DNA of 38,697 bases from a virus (Duplodnaviria > Caudoviricetes). The stretch lies in the IMG/VR virus record IMGVR_UViG_3300017650_000206, positions 1 to 38,697 of that record; one strand, given 5' to 3'. This document shows, in pieces, positions 17,375-27,451 of this stretch. Every line of letters begins with the position of its first letter. The stretch's first letter is position 1. The notes beneath the pieces were generated by a model. The model saw only the letters and a list, made by a program, of their open reading frames with translations. It did not search any database and was not told the DNA's origin. The position numbers and the translations under genes are program-made.

Positions 17375-18619
17375 TCAGTCGCCGCCACCGGGCGCTTCAA
17401 CTGCCGGATTAATGGGTCCGGTGATGAAGGCTTCGGGACGGTACAGAGCCAGCGCAAGGCGTTCCTCTGCGAGGATCGTCACAAGGTTACGGGTGAAGTC
17501 ATCATTGACGTAGCCGACCTCAACACGCGCATCCCAGCGGTCGAACAGCTGGGCACCGAGACGGAACGCACCGGTGAGGAACGTGCCGACATCCATGGCC
17601 TGAGTGGCCACGACCGGCAGACCCCACATGTTCGGCTGCGCCGTACCCTGTGGATTGCCGATGATGTAACGGCCTTCGTTGTCCTTGGTCAGCTCGATAT
17701 TGGCCCAGTCGATCGGGTTGAGCACGTGGCCGGTGGCCGGATATTCAGCCAGAGCGGCCTGCAGCATGGCCAGCCGCAGCGTGTCGATTGACGTCATCGG
17801 TGCCGGGGCAACTGCACCGGTGGGGATCGCAAAGGCCGTTGCCTGGGGCAGGATGCCGTGCAGGTTCTGACCAGTGCCATCACCATTGAGCAGCTGATCC
17901 TCCTCAACATAGGCCAGCCCGTACATCAGGCGCTGGTCGATGATCGAGCGGAGCTGGGAGAAGTCCGAAAGGATCTGCTTGGATGCCTTCATCCAGTGCG
18001 CGATCACCTTGGCCGAGGTGGTCACCAGATCGAACTGGAGATCGGACGACGGCTTGGCCGCGCCTTCCGCGACGCCAGCGGCGTTGTTGGTGAACCCGGT
18101 TTCGCGCACATATTCGAGCGAGTTGCCGTCCATCCGGCCAGGCGAGATCAGATCACGCACAGTCAGGCGGCGCTGGGGCAGCTCAAGGATGCCCGGCAGG
18201 CGGGTGGTCTCAACCCCGGCCCCCGCGGAGCCCGCAGCGTTGGTGGTGGCGCTGGTGATCGTTGCCTTGAAACGCATATCGATCTTGCCGCTGGACGGAT
18301 CACCAGACAGGAAAGATTTGACGCGCTCGTCTTCGATGAACTGGTCACCGAACGATTTGAACTCATCGTCGCTCCCGCCGCCCCCGGCAGCGAACTGCTG
18401 ATCGATATCGGCAAACTTTTCATCGAGGGTAGCGTTGAGTTTGGTCAGCGCCTGGTCGATATCGCCCTTGATGGTCTCGGACAGCTTTCCGTCCTTGGCC
18501 GACTTGCCGATGAAGTCTTCAAACTCACCGCGGACTTTGTCGACCTCTTCTTTGACGATCTTGGACTGGGCAGCCTTGATCTCTTCCGCGAGCTCTTCGC
18601 GGGTTTTCTGTTCCGACAT
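17375..18619 (-). CDS. Major capsid protein, HK97 family
   Basis: N-terminal delta coiled coil; LLNGDGTGQNLHGIL; DDFTRNLVTILAEERLAL..YRPEAF. Confidence 0.97.
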   Translation of the reverse strand: MSEQKTREELAEEIKAAQSKIVKEEVDKVRGEFEDFIGKSAKDGKLSETIKGDIDQALTKLNATLDEKFADIDQQFAAGGGGSDDEFKSFGDQFIEDERVKSFLSGDPSSGKIDMRFKATITSATTNAAGSAGAGVETTRLPGILELPQRRLTVRDLISPGRMDGNSLEYVRETGFTNNAAGVAEGAAKPSSDLQFDLVTTSAKVIAHWMKASKQILSDFSQLRSIIDQRLMYGLAYVEEDQLLNGDGTGQNLHGILPQATAFAIPTGAVAPAPMTSIDTLRLAMLQAALAEYPATGHVLNPIDWANIELTKDNEGRYIIGNPQGTAQPNMWGLPVVATQAMDVGTFLTGAFRLGAQLFDRWDARVEVGYVNDDFTRNLVTILAEERLALALYRPEAFITGPINPAVEAPGGGD

Positions 18620-18648
18620 GGGAACCTCCGATAATGTATGGGAAGGGT

Positions 18649-19347
18649 CTAGCGACCCAGGATTGCCCGCATTAATGCGAGGCGTTCATCTTCCGCACCG
18701 GCAGGTTCCCCCTGCCCTTTCAGGTGGATGCGCGCGGTACGCTCCGCCTGCGAATTCGAGAAGCCCAATCCCTTGAGCCATGTCTCGAATTCCCGCTCGG
18801 TCAGCCGGTCCCCGGCCTTGAGCTTGTCCGTGAGTTCGTATGCGGCCTTTGCCGCCTTAACGCTGGAGATGGTCGCCCGATCGTTTGCGCCGATCGAAAC
18901 AATCGACACCTCTTTGAGGTCGAGCTTTTCCAGCGTCCAGACACCGGTGTCGGTATCGACGGAATAGGCCTTGATGCGATACCCGATCGAGAGGCCGTCG
19001 ATATCGCCCTCTTTGAGCAGCTCATAGGCCTCGCGGGCTCGCTGGACGCCCATGTTGAGCTTGCCCTTGAGATAGAGGCCCTTCGCGTCTTCTTTCGCCT
19101 CCACCCACTTGCCGATCGGTTCGTCTCGGTTGTGCTGCCAGAACAGCTTGGGCATCGTTCCGTTGGCCTGGTGCTCGGCAAGGCTGTCCTTAAAGGCACC
19201 GGACGCAATCACGTCGCCATAACTGTCCGGCTCTCCGCCGAACGTCGAGCCATAACCTTCGAATTCGCCCGTATCCCGCAGCTCCTTAATGTCGAGGACA
19301 GGCGCGGTGCGGGTCAGATCGATCGTGGCATCCTTAAACCTGAGCAT
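18649..19347 (-). CDS. Prohead maturation protease, HK97 family
   Basis: GEFEGYGSTFG, LFWQH, GLSIGY, LKEVSIVSIGAN; start reassigned to ATG at 19347. Confidence 0.95.
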   Translation of the reverse strand: MLRFKDATIDLTRTAPVLDIKELRDTGEFEGYGSTFGGEPDSYGDVIASGAFKDSLAEHQANGTMPKLFWQHNRDEPIGKWVEAKEDAKGLYLKGKLNMGVQRAREAYELLKEGDIDGLSIGYRIKAYSVDTDTGVWTLEKLDLKEVSIVSIGANDRATISSVKAAKAAYELTDKLKAGDRLTEREFETWLKGLGFSNSQAERTARIHLKGQGEPAGAEDERLALMRAILGR

Positions 19348-20584
19348 TGTCGGCTCCTTCTTTGCCGGCTTCGGTGATCGGCACGTTCTGCATCTGCATA
19401 CGCGGAATGTCCCCACCTTCGACCGGCGGCAGATTTTCCAGCTGGCGAATTTCGTTGATCGTCATCGCGCCCATCTGGCTCATGCGCTGGTAGAACGCAG
19501 CGCGCGCCGCGCTGTCGCCCCGCAGCAGCCCCTCAATGCTGAACTCGATTGTAATCCCTGCCGCCCGGTCTTCCGCCGTCAGGAGCTGCTTGCGCATCGC
19601 CTGCTCGATCCGGGCGAGACGGCGGCGCAGGGTAAACTTCTGGAAACCCAGCGTTTGCTGCTCAAGGCCGGTGCCCCAACTGGTCGATTTCTCGGTGTGC
19701 CCCACCATGAACGGTGGCACCCCAAAGAACCGGCAGACTTCCTCGACCGAAAAGCCCCGCGATTGCAGCATCTGGGCGTCTTCCGGGTTCATCGACAGCG
19801 GCGTTACTGTCTGACCGCCCTCGACGATGAAAGGCCGACCGGCATTGATCGCGCCGACATATTTTTCCTCAAGCTTGCCTTCAACAAGGTCGCGCTGTTC
19901 GGGCGTCAGCCATTCCTTGTAGGCGAGGACCACGCTGGGGCGCATGCCGTTGGCAAAAGTCCCGCCTGCCGATTTCTCAATTGCCTTGGCCAGTCCGAAC
20001 GTCTGACGGCCATAGGTGAGCGTGGATAGGCCCCCGAGCGGCCCGCCACCGAACCCGCGGATATGCAGCACGTCATCCTGATCAAGCTCGAAGCGCTGGC
20101 CATTCTCGGTCCAGCTGTAGCGCAAGCGTCCGGTAGACTGCCGCGTGACTGTGACCACGTCCCAAGGAACAGGTGCCAGCCCGACAATCTCGCGCTGCCC
20201 GTTCCGAAGCTTGCGGGCGATCCCATTGCCTTGCAGCTCAAGGCTGGCCGACACGAACTCCAGAAAGTCGAGCGCCGTCTGATGCGCGTTCGGGCTGTCG
20301 TGCAAAATGCGATAGAGCGCGTGATCCCGCGCGACCGTGCGCCCGCCGTTTTCGTCGGAGCGATAGATCATCAGCGGCAACGCGCCGATGGTCCCAGCGA
20401 TCAGGTTCACGCAAGCCCAGGCGGTCGAGAGCGCCAGAACATCCTGCGCCCCGACACTCTCCCCCGAAAACGACGGCTCGATGCCCCAGCCGCGCGGCTC
20501 CGTCAGCGACAACATACGCGGCGGCGGGTCCGACACTGCCGACTTGGCAAGGAACGGAGCCAGCATTTTCTGCAACAGGTTCAT
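19334..20584 (-). CDS. Portal protein, HK97 family
   Basis: WACVNLIAGTIGALP, DVLHIRGF, PEDAQMLQSR, EVCRFFGVPP. Confidence 0.97.
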   Translation of the reverse strand: MNLLQKMLAPFLAKSAVSDPPPRMLSLTEPRGWGIEPSFSGESVGAQDVLALSTAWACVNLIAGTIGALPLMIYRSDENGGRTVARDHALYRILHDSPNAHQTALDFLEFVSASLELQGNGIARKLRNGQREIVGLAPVPWDVVTVTRQSTGRLRYSWTENGQRFELDQDDVLHIRGFGGGPLGGLSTLTYGRQTFGLAKAIEKSAGGTFANGMRPSVVLAYKEWLTPEQRDLVEGKLEEKYVGAINAGRPFIVEGGQTVTPLSMNPEDAQMLQSRGFSVEEVCRFFGVPPFMVGHTEKSTSWGTGLEQQTLGFQKFTLRRRLARIEQAMRKQLLTAEDRAAGITIEFSIEGLLRGDSAARAAFYQRMSQMGAMTINEIRQLENLPPVEGGDIPRMQMQNVPITEAGKEGADNAQV

Positions 20585-22284
20585 GCCGTCTCCGCAAGGC
20601 TTCGAAGATAATCGTCAAGGTGTCCGGACTGCTTGGCCTCCGGATTGCGCATCATCACAGTCACCGCGTTGAACAGCGCCATGGCCGGGTCGATCTTGGC
20701 GTCACCCGCGTTCTGTTTGGTCGCCCGGATTGCCGTTGCGGTCGGCTCGATCTTGAGGTTACTCACGCACCACGCCATCAGGTCCTGACCGGCATGGCGC
20801 AGCGTTCCATTGGCCAGCTTGCGCTCCGCCGTCTTGATCGCGTTCATCATGCCAAAGCCCTGCGGCGCGCCGATCAGCAGCCCATCCTCCTGGGTGACGC
20901 CGATTTCATCGAGCGCTTCGAGCAATTCGCCCAGCCCTGCCGGGTCAACCGCCACCGGCCCGAGCTTTCCGCGCTGCTTGATCTCGGCGATGATTTCGAT
21001 GATCGAGGAAATGTCCTCCAACTCGTCATCGACGATGATCAGTTCTCCAGCCTGCTCGAAATCCCGCAGCCGTGGCGCGATCGACTTCCGCCGCTCCAGC
21101 ACACCCTGATGCGCCCAGGCCTTGGACCAAGCCCACCAGTCACGCGTTGCCTTGTGACGCCCCAGCAATGTCAGGCCGAACAGGTCATCGAGCCCGCCAC
21201 CGTCGAGTCCGGGCACGATCACCTCGCACTCATCGAGCAGCGCCTCATAGGTGATCGCCCGATCAGCCCGCACCGGCCAGAAATCCGCGCCGGGCCAGCG
21301 ATTGGCGCGCAGGTTCATCCCAATCTCGATGTTGAGGTGCTTGGCAAGGAAGACGTTGCGCGTCTCCGGCCCCTTGGCCCGCTCCTTGTCGAGCTCGTCC
21401 GCGATCCACTCCCGCCCCCATTCGGTATGGCCGATATAGGGGTTCGTGATGAAAAAGTTCTCCGGCTTGGCATAAGCCTCACTGTCGATCATGGCCTGCG
21501 GAAATTCATAGATCACCGGCAGGAACTTCTTGTCCTCGATCTCGCCGTCCCGAACCTGGCGGGCATAGTCGAGCTTGTCCTTGAACACCCCCGCCGGCGG
21601 CGCATCGCTTTGCGTCGTGATCGAGATCAGGAACCCTTCGGGGCGCGCCACCCGCCCGCCCGCCGCCTCGCGCATCATCGCGTCGGCGCCCTTCTTCGAG
21701 CCGAACTCCCAAAGCTCGTCGACCAGCACGAAGGCAGATTTGTTGCCCGCCACCGTCCCGGTATCTGCCGCCAGCACCCGTAGTGTTGCGCCCGTCTTCA
21801 AATGCGTGATGGTCCGAAGGTGATCCTGAATGTGCAGGAACCCTTCCTCGGCCGCGTTCAGTTCGGGATCAGCCCGCACCATGTCGGCAGCGGGCTTGAA
21901 CGAGTTGTCTGCCGCCTTGATGGTCGGCGCGACGATGATCAGTTCGTTCGAGTCCCGCCAGTTGCGGATCAGCGCCGTGAGCATGATCCCGGCGGCGATG
22001 GTCGACTTGCCGTTCTTCTTGGCAACGCACAGGAAGAACTCGCTGATCAGCCTCTGACCGCTGTCCGCGTCATAGGCCCCGAACACCGCCTCAACGAAAT
22101 CAAAGACCCACTGCCCGCCCGCCTCGCCAAACGTCGGTCTGCCGGGTGCGTCGACAATGCGCAGCGCCTTGAACACGTCCAGCGCCGCCTGCGCCTCGCT
22201 CGGGAACAGCGGTTTGCTCGGGATCAGGGAATGACCGGCAACAATCCGTTCCGCCCAATCCGGGCAGGCCGTGCTCCAGATCAT
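20581..22284 (-). CDS. terL: Terminase large subunit
   Basis: Walker A AKKNGKST, Walker B VLVDEL, ITTQ, nuclease GLDGGGLDDL, KIDP. Confidence 0.97.
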   Translation of the reverse strand: MIWSTACPDWAERIVAGHSLIPSKPLFPSEAQAALDVFKALRIVDAPGRPTFGEAGGQWVFDFVEAVFGAYDADSGQRLISEFFLCVAKKNGKSTIAAGIMLTALIRNWRDSNELIIVAPTIKAADNSFKPAADMVRADPELNAAEEGFLHIQDHLRTITHLKTGATLRVLAADTGTVAGNKSAFVLVDELWEFGSKKGADAMMREAAGGRVARPEGFLISITTQSDAPPAGVFKDKLDYARQVRDGEIEDKKFLPVIYEFPQAMIDSEAYAKPENFFITNPYIGHTEWGREWIADELDKERAKGPETRNVFLAKHLNIEIGMNLRANRWPGADFWPVRADRAITYEALLDECEVIVPGLDGGGLDDLFGLTLLGRHKATRDWWAWSKAWAHQGVLERRKSIAPRLRDFEQAGELIIVDDELEDISSIIEIIAEIKQRGKLGPVAVDPAGLGELLEALDEIGVTQEDGLLIGAPQGFGMMNAIKTAERKLANGTLRHAGQDLMAWCVSNLKIEPTATAIRATKQNAGDAKIDPAMALFNAVTVMMRNPEAKQSGHLDDYLRSLAETA

Positions 22285-22844
22285 CGCTTATTGTCGACCA
22301 CAAGCTTGGGAGCACTCGGTGCGGCGAACTTACTGCCCCCGCCAGCCGCGCCTTCTGCCCGGGCCTGACGTGCTGCCTTCTTACCGCTCCGGCCTCCGTC
22401 CGCCGTCTCGCCCATCGTCTTGAGCGCCAGCGCGATGGTCTGAAGCGTCTTGGCGCGTACCGGCAAGCTCACCGCCTGCTTGAGCGCTGCCACCCGGTCA
22501 GGGTCGACTTCGTTCATCATGATGATGGCCTCAAGCTCGCCCAGGTGCATCGTTTCGGCTGTCAGTTCATCGAGCAGCCGATCGGCCAGGTTGCGCCCGC
22601 GCCCGATGACTTCCTCGACCTTGGGCACATCGGCGATGGGCCGGGGAATACGCACCGGCTCCACGGTTTCCGCCTGCGTACTGGCTTCGACCGCTTCGCG
22701 TACCCAGCCATGCTTTTTCGCGCGTTTGCGGATCGCGCCTTCGGTGATCGAGAACCACGCCGCAATCTCCCGGATACTGCGGGTTGTGCCGCGATAGTCC
22801 TTCTCGATGGCGGCCCAATCGATCGGCTGTTTCTTGTTCGTCAT
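22281..22844 (-). CDS. terS: Terminase small subunit
   Basis: DWAAIEKDYR...SIREIA...EGAIRKRAKKHGWVR HTH; GKK...KF...PKLVVDN tail; ATGA overlap with terL. Confidence 0.82.
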   Translation of the reverse strand: MTNKKQPIDWAAIEKDYRGTTRSIREIAAWFSITEGAIRKRAKKHGWVREAVEASTQAETVEPVRIPRPIADVPKVEEVIGRGRNLADRLLDELTAETMHLGELEAIIMMNEVDPDRVAALKQAVSLPVRAKTLQTIALALKTMGETADGGRSGKKAARQARAEGAAGGGSKFAAPSAPKLVVDNKR

Positions 22845-22887
22845 GACTTCCAGTTCGCACTTGGTACGCACTGCGTAATCTGAGGGA

Positions 22888-22965
22888 GGAAAAAATCTCT
22901 GCGTGAGGGGGGCGCGGGTGTCCGCTCGGCCCGGTTTTTGAACTTTCGAATACCCCCCCCCAGGG
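22888..22965. other. Probable cos packaging region
   Basis: Non-coding gap between HNH and terS with G-run, GC-rich core and T tract, as typical for HNH-associated cos phages. Confidence 0.5.
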
Positions 22966-23301
22966 TCAGCGGCGGCGATAGCGGTCCGGTGTCGGCCTGA
23001 CCTCTCGCCCGAACTGCTCGGCAGTGACGATGCGGTGGTGTTCATCGCAAAGGTTGCGGGTGTTGCTGTCATCGTCTGTGCCACCAAGGGCAAGGGGGAC
23101 TATGTGATCCACTACGGTGGCGACGGTGATGATGCCTTTGGCTTGGCAGAGCTCGCACATGTAGTTGGTGCGGAGCATGCGGCGGTGACGCTGCTTTACC
23201 CCTGCCCTGCCTCGGAGGCGTGGAGTCTCGTGCTGGACGGCGGCAGTGAGCTGAGGCTTGAGTGTTGCCACCATGGGCTTGATGGTCTTGAGGCGGGCCA
23301 T
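22966..23301 (-). CDS. HNH endonuclease (terminase cofactor type)
   Basis: CELC...VVDHIVPLALGGTDDDSNTRNLCDEHH. Confidence 0.93.
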   Translation of the reverse strand: MARLKTIKPMVATLKPQLTAAVQHETPRLRGRAGVKQRHRRMLRTNYMCELCQAKGIITVATVVDHIVPLALGGTDDDSNTRNLCDEHHRIVTAEQFGREVRPTPDRYRRR

Positions 23302-23422
23302 GATACTCCTGCCTTACTTGCTCGCTGCTGGACTGCTCAGTTGGGCGGCGGGCTTGCGGGATGGTGGCTTGCGGGGCATTGGGCGTTCCCCTGTTGTTGG
23401 CCAGTGAGATCGGCCCGATATG

Positions 23423-24241
23423 CTACGCTCTGCCCACCGTACCCTCCACTTGGAGCCAGCCGACTGGCGCGCGATATAACAGCCCCACGATGAGCGCAAC
23501 TAGTGAGAATGGGACCACGCCGAACGCAATCATTTGCAGCATCTCAGCGCCATCTACAGCGAAGTGCCCCCTATTCGCATGCAGGATCAACTGTGCCGTT
23601 GTCTGCCACGCCGTGTGAAGGCCGACACAAGCCCATACCGAACCAGTCATCACCCTCACCAGGCCGAGCACGAAAGCAACCGCGGCGAACATAACGAAGC
23701 GATCCAAAGCGACAGTTCCTGTTGAGATAGTCCATAATGCCGCTCCCCAACACGCGAACAGTGCAGACTGAACGATAATGGAAACTATGCGGGAATGACG
23801 TTCAGCCAAGGCTGCGTAGATATAGCCGCGAAACGCCAGCTCTTCCGGCAGCGCCTCAAAGAAAAACACCAAGATGATAAGTAGTGGAACGAATGCGATG
23901 ATCTCGGCCATCGGGAATTGCGGCACGATGCTTGACCACCCCAAAATCAAAACAATTGCAATTCCGGTGAGCGACGGCAGGACAAATGCTACTGCACCAA
24001 CTATCAATGGTCTGATTGCTGCTGAAGAAAACGGCAAGCCCAGTCCCGCAAGGGTGCCTCTGTCCAGACGACTACGCAAAAGGGCGATCAATGGGACTGT
24101 GAGGGCACTGGCTAATGCGGCGTTTAAGACGTGCCTACTCAGCGAATACTGATGGTTCCCAGTGGCCAACATCATAAAGAGCCAGATGACACTCAGGCCC
24201 AGAAAAAGAACTCCGATCCGGATATAAGGATGAACATTCAC
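23423..24241 (-). CDS. CPBP (CAAX protease/Abi) family intramembrane protease, moron
   Basis: PEELAFRGY, TGSVWACVGLH, multiple TM helices; GTG start with AAGGAG RBS. Confidence 0.88.
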   Translation of the reverse strand: MNVHPYIRIGVLFLGLSVIWLFMMLATGNHQYSLSRHVLNAALASALTVPLIALLRSRLDRGTLAGLGLPFSSAAIRPLIVGAVAFVLPSLTGIAIVLILGWSSIVPQFPMAEIIAFVPLLIILVFFFEALPEELAFRGYIYAALAERHSRIVSIIVQSALFACWGAALWTISTGTVALDRFVMFAAVAFVLGLVRVMTGSVWACVGLHTAWQTTAQLILHANRGHFAVDGAEMLQMIAFGVVPFSLVALIVGLLYRAPVGWLQVEGTVGRA

Positions 24242-24449
24242 GCTGTAAGCACTCCTTCGCCAATGACGCCGCGTCCGGAGGCGAACGCTACCTCCATGAC
24301 AGCCTTTTGTGGAGTGCCCTTTTGATGAGTAACCCAGCGGGAGTACGGTAGCGTGCTGGGTCTTGCTACCTGCTTTTCGAACCACTTCCATTTCGGAAGC
24401 AGTTGGAGAAACAGACCGCGCCACCCGAGCAGGTGACGCGGCTGCAAAA

Positions 24450-24785
24450 TCACTCATCGACCAGCGTGTAGCTTTCCAACTCACAGATATCGATTTCTGC
24501 CACTTCGAGTTCAGGCCCCTCGGCAGTCTCGAACCGGAAGTCGTAAATGCACTCGTCTGATCCGCCCCCGATAAACACGGTGCCTTCATAGCCTGGCTCC
24601 AGAATTCCGACTTCATCGAGCAGGTCATCGCCCCATGAATCGTCACTGCTGGGAGACGCGTAAAAATAGGTCAATATATAGCTGGAATCGTTGACCAACG
24701 TGAACTCAACATCATTTGCGGCGACTGGCGCTATGGCCATCATGGCTGAGATCGTGGCGACAGCCCCGATTTTAAGAATTTTCAT
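24450..24785 (-). CDS. Secreted acidic beta-rich protein, moron
   Basis: Signal peptide; FTLVN...FYASPS..DSWGDDLL...C.YD...IDIC conserved periplasmic family. Confidence 0.82.
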   Translation of the reverse strand: MKILKIGAVATISAMMAIAPVAANDVEFTLVNDSSYILTYFYASPSSDDSWGDDLLDEVGILEPGYEGTVFIGGGSDECIYDFRFETAEGPELEVAEIDICELESYTLVDE

Positions 24786-24902
24786 GAGAATATATCCCTC
24801 TAGGTAGCTGCTCCTCGCAGCCAAACTGGGCGTTATTGTCATGAACTTCCTGGCAGCGCCATAAGAATGTTTGGCTGCCGTATCGATGTGGGAGGTAGAA
24901 AC

Positions 24903-24928
24903 GCAAAAGGCCCGCCGAAGCGAGCCTT
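24903..24928 (-). terminator. tR'-like terminator after late promoter
   Basis: AAGGCTCGC-TTCG-GCGGGCCTTTT on minus strand. Confidence 0.75.
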
Positions 24929-24948
24929 GTTCAATGGCGCGAAACACC

Positions 24949-24997
24949 AACATAACGTGAACATAGGGTGATTTGGCCCCCTACGCAAGGGGGGCCA
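24949..24997 (-). promoter_or_regulatory. Candidate late promoter (pR'-like)
   Basis: TTGCGT (24988-24983)-N17-TATGTT (24965-24960), second TATGTT 11 bp downstream, TGGCCCCC inverted repeat around -35. Confidence 0.6.
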
Positions 24998-25008
24998 GAG
25001 GGGCCACC

Positions 25009-25866
25009 CTACGCCGCTTCTGCGTTTTGAACAGGGTTTCCGTTCTCATCTTCGATAATCACGGCTTTGCTACCGTCACCCCAACGGTGGGTACGGGATT
25101 TGGCCGGCGGGTCCAGCTTGAAGAACTCGACCAGCACGCTCATAGCATCGAGCAGTTCCTTTTCCGCTTTGCGCCGCGCTTTGCCGCTGCCGCCGTGGCC
25201 GAGCTTTGCCGCCAACTTGCGGACCGAGGCCCCACCGATTACTACCGCGTCGACAATTCCTGCTGCACGAGTGCTGAGGGCCTGCCGCGCGTCTGCCAGC
25301 TCGCGTCGGGCATCATCCTGGGCAACTGTGATCTGATCCTGTTGCGGCCCAGACGTATCGACCTTGACCTGCTCGTAATCGATCGCGCGCGCTCCGCCAA
25401 TCTGGGACAGGTCGAACAGCTTGGCATACCGGATCGCCGCGAGAGTCTGAGCCTCAGTCCGTGACTTCACCCGGGCCAGCCCGCCGATCAGAATCACCAT
25501 GTTGTGCGGCGTGAACTTCCGTTCCTCGTGCTGGGTTTCGACCTCGCCGCTGGCCACCGCCTCCAGCAGTCCCTTGGTGACACTCGGATCGTCCGTCAGG
25601 CGGCTGGCGATCACCTTCTTGGGCTCGTCCTTGCCTTTGTTGACGATAGCGACGAGGTCGTTGTAGCGCCGCCGGGCAAGCTCTGTCGCGGCCATGTCAC
25701 GGGCCATGACGGCATAAAGCTCGTTCAGCTGCTCGACGCACTTCCGGTATTCTGGGGAATGATCGTGAACGCCAGCGCTCAACTCCGCCTGTGCGGCGGG
25801 AAGCGCGGCAACGGCCTGCTCATAGGTGAGCGGCTTGGTCTTGGGGCCCGAACGGGGCTTAGACAT
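25009..25866 (-). CDS. Late transcription regulator, DUF6456-like C-terminal domain
   Basis: Q..AA.RY...AIDYEQVKVD...AR..L..A.QAL...GASVRKLA HTH-like; Q-gene position before packaging module. Confidence 0.72.
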   Translation of the reverse strand: MSKPRSGPKTKPLTYEQAVAALPAAQAELSAGVHDHSPEYRKCVEQLNELYAVMARDMAATELARRRYNDLVAIVNKGKDEPKKVIASRLTDDPSVTKGLLEAVASGEVETQHEERKFTPHNMVILIGGLARVKSRTEAQTLAAIRYAKLFDLSQIGGARAIDYEQVKVDTSGPQQDQITVAQDDARRELADARQALSTRAAGIVDAVVIGGASVRKLAAKLGHGGSGKARRKAEKELLDAMSVLVEFFKLDPPAKSRTHRWGDGSKAVIIEDENGNPVQNAEAA

Positions 25867-25912
25867 AGATCGACCTCTCGGATGAATGAGAGGCCGGGCA
25901 GTCGAAGCGAGA

Positions 25913-25946
25913 GAACGAATATGGAACAAAGAACCTAAAGGGTCAA
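25913..25946 (-). promoter_or_regulatory. sigma70 promoter overlapped by alphaproteobacterial LexA box
   Basis: TTGACC-N17-CATATT; GTTC-CATATTC-GTTC at 25927-25913 covers the -10. Confidence 0.78.
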
Positions 25947-25966
25947 GAGCTCAGTTAGGCGCAACG

Positions 25967-27451
25967 CTAATGTCCAAGTACCTTTTCCATCGCGTTAGGC
26001 TGATCATGCATGGCCAACTGGTCCATGATGGTGGCGCTGGCATCGTTCAATCCCACCACCTCGACCTCGGTTCCGGCCTTGCGGAATTTGAGGACGGCCT
26101 TATCGATCGCGTTGACGCCGGTCAGGTCCCAGATATGGGCCTTGCCTACGTCGATTGTGACACTTTCCAGCGCCTCGCCGAAATCAAAGGCCGAAAGGAA
26201 ATCATCCGCCGAGGCAAAGAAGATCTGGCCTTCGACAAGATAGCGCCGATGCTTTCCGTCTTCTGAAAGCGTAGTCGTGACGCGGAAAATCTGCGCGACC
26301 TTCCAGGCAAAGAAGATGCCCGAAAGCAGCACGCCGACTCCGACCCCAAGCGCCAGGTTCTGCGTGCCGACGACGGTTATGACGGTTGCCAGCATGACGA
26401 GGCTCGACCGGCGAGGATGATGGCGGAGATCGGCCAGCGAGGTCCAACTGAAGGTGCCGATCGACACCATAATCATGATCGCCACCAGCGCGGGCATGGG
26501 AATGAATCCTACCAGGTCGCCGAGCACTATTAGCAGAAACAGCAGGAAAGACCCCGCGGTGAACGTTGAAAGCCGCGTGCGCCCGCCCGATTTCACGTTG
26601 ATGACGGACTGCCCGATCATCGCGCACCCGGCCATGCCGCCGAACATGCCGCTGGCGATATTGGCGATGCCCTGGCCGATGCTTTCCCGGTTCTTGTCGC
26701 TGCTCGTGTCGGTCATCTGGTCGACGATCGAGGCGGTGAGAAGACTTTCCAGAAGGCCCACGGCGGCCACGGCGATCGAAGTGGGCAGGATGATCCACAG
26801 CGTTTCGAGGTTGAGCGGAATGTCGGGGAAAAGCAGGATCGGCAGCGCGTCGGGCAGTTCGCCAAGATCGGCAACCGTGCGGATGTCGATGCCCAGCATC
26901 AGGGCAAGCGCGGTCAGGACAAGGATGCAGACCAGTGGTGAAGGCACTTTGGTCGTCAGCCTCGGGAAAAGATAGATGATGGCGAGGCCCACCCCGATCA
27001 GCGCGTAGGTTTCCCACGTCACCCCGATCAGTTCGGGCAATTGCGCCATGAAGATGAGGATGGCGAGTGCATTGACGAAGCCCGTCATCACCGAACGCGA
27101 TACGAACCGCATAACATAGCCGATGCGCAGCCAGCCCGCGATGATCTGGATGACGCCGGCAAGGATGGTGGCGGCCAGAAGATATTGCAGGCCATGTTCG
27201 CGCACGAGAGTCCCAAACAGCACCGCCGTCGCGGCGGTCGCCGCCGAGATCATGGCCGGACGGCCGCCAGCGAACGAAATGACGATGGCGATGACCACCG
27301 AGGCGTAAAGGCCGACGCGGGGATCGACCCCCGCGATGATGGAAAAGCCGATGGCCTCGGGGATGAGGGCGAGCGCCACAACGATACCGGCAAGGATATC
27401 GGCGCGAATATTGGAGAACCAGTTGCGGCGGATGGTTTCTTTCGAGAACAT
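25967..27451 (-). CDS. sulP: SulP family anion transporter with STAS domain, moron
   Basis: [47 protein letters not shown]-terminal GQIFFAS...HIWD. Confidence 0.96.
   Translation of the reverse strand: MFSKETIRRNWFSNIRADILAGIVVALALIPEAIGFSIIAGVDPRVGLYASVVIAIVISFAGGRPAMISAATAATAVLFGTLVREHGLQYLLAATILAGVIQIIAGWLRIGYVMRFVSRSVMTGFVNALAILIFMAQLPELIGVTWETYALIGVGLAIIYLFPRLTTKVPSPLVCILVLTALALMLGIDIRTVADLGELPDALPILLFPDIPLNLETLWIILPTSIAVAAVGLLESLLTASIVDQMTDTSSDKNRESIGQGIANIASGMFGGMAGCAMIGQSVINVKSGGRTRLSTFTAGSFLLFLLIVLGDLVGFIPMPALVAIMIMVSIGTFSWTSLADLRHHPRRSSLVMLATVITVVGTQNLALGVGVGVLLSGIFFAWKVAQIFRVTTTLSEDGKHRRYLVEGQIFFASADDFLSAFDFGEALESVTIDVGKAHIWDLTGVNAIDKAVLKFRKAGTEVEVVGLNDASATIMDQLAMHDQPNAMEKVLGH

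Noticed and set aside
20173-21783. 536-aa plus-strand ORF (also 435-1367 + and 26202-27614 -)
   Set aside because: Antisense or alternative-frame shadows of terminase/portal, lysis and sulP genes
23314-23379. 21-aa basic ORF MPRKPPSRKPAAQLSSPAASK upstream of HNH
   Set aside because: Has a plausible RBS but is too short and low-complexity to support; may be a remnant of the moron insertion
24242-24646. N-terminal extension of the 407-aa CPBP ORF
   Set aside because: Overlaps the secreted protein gene; GTG at 24241 has a good RBS and gives a normal CPBP length
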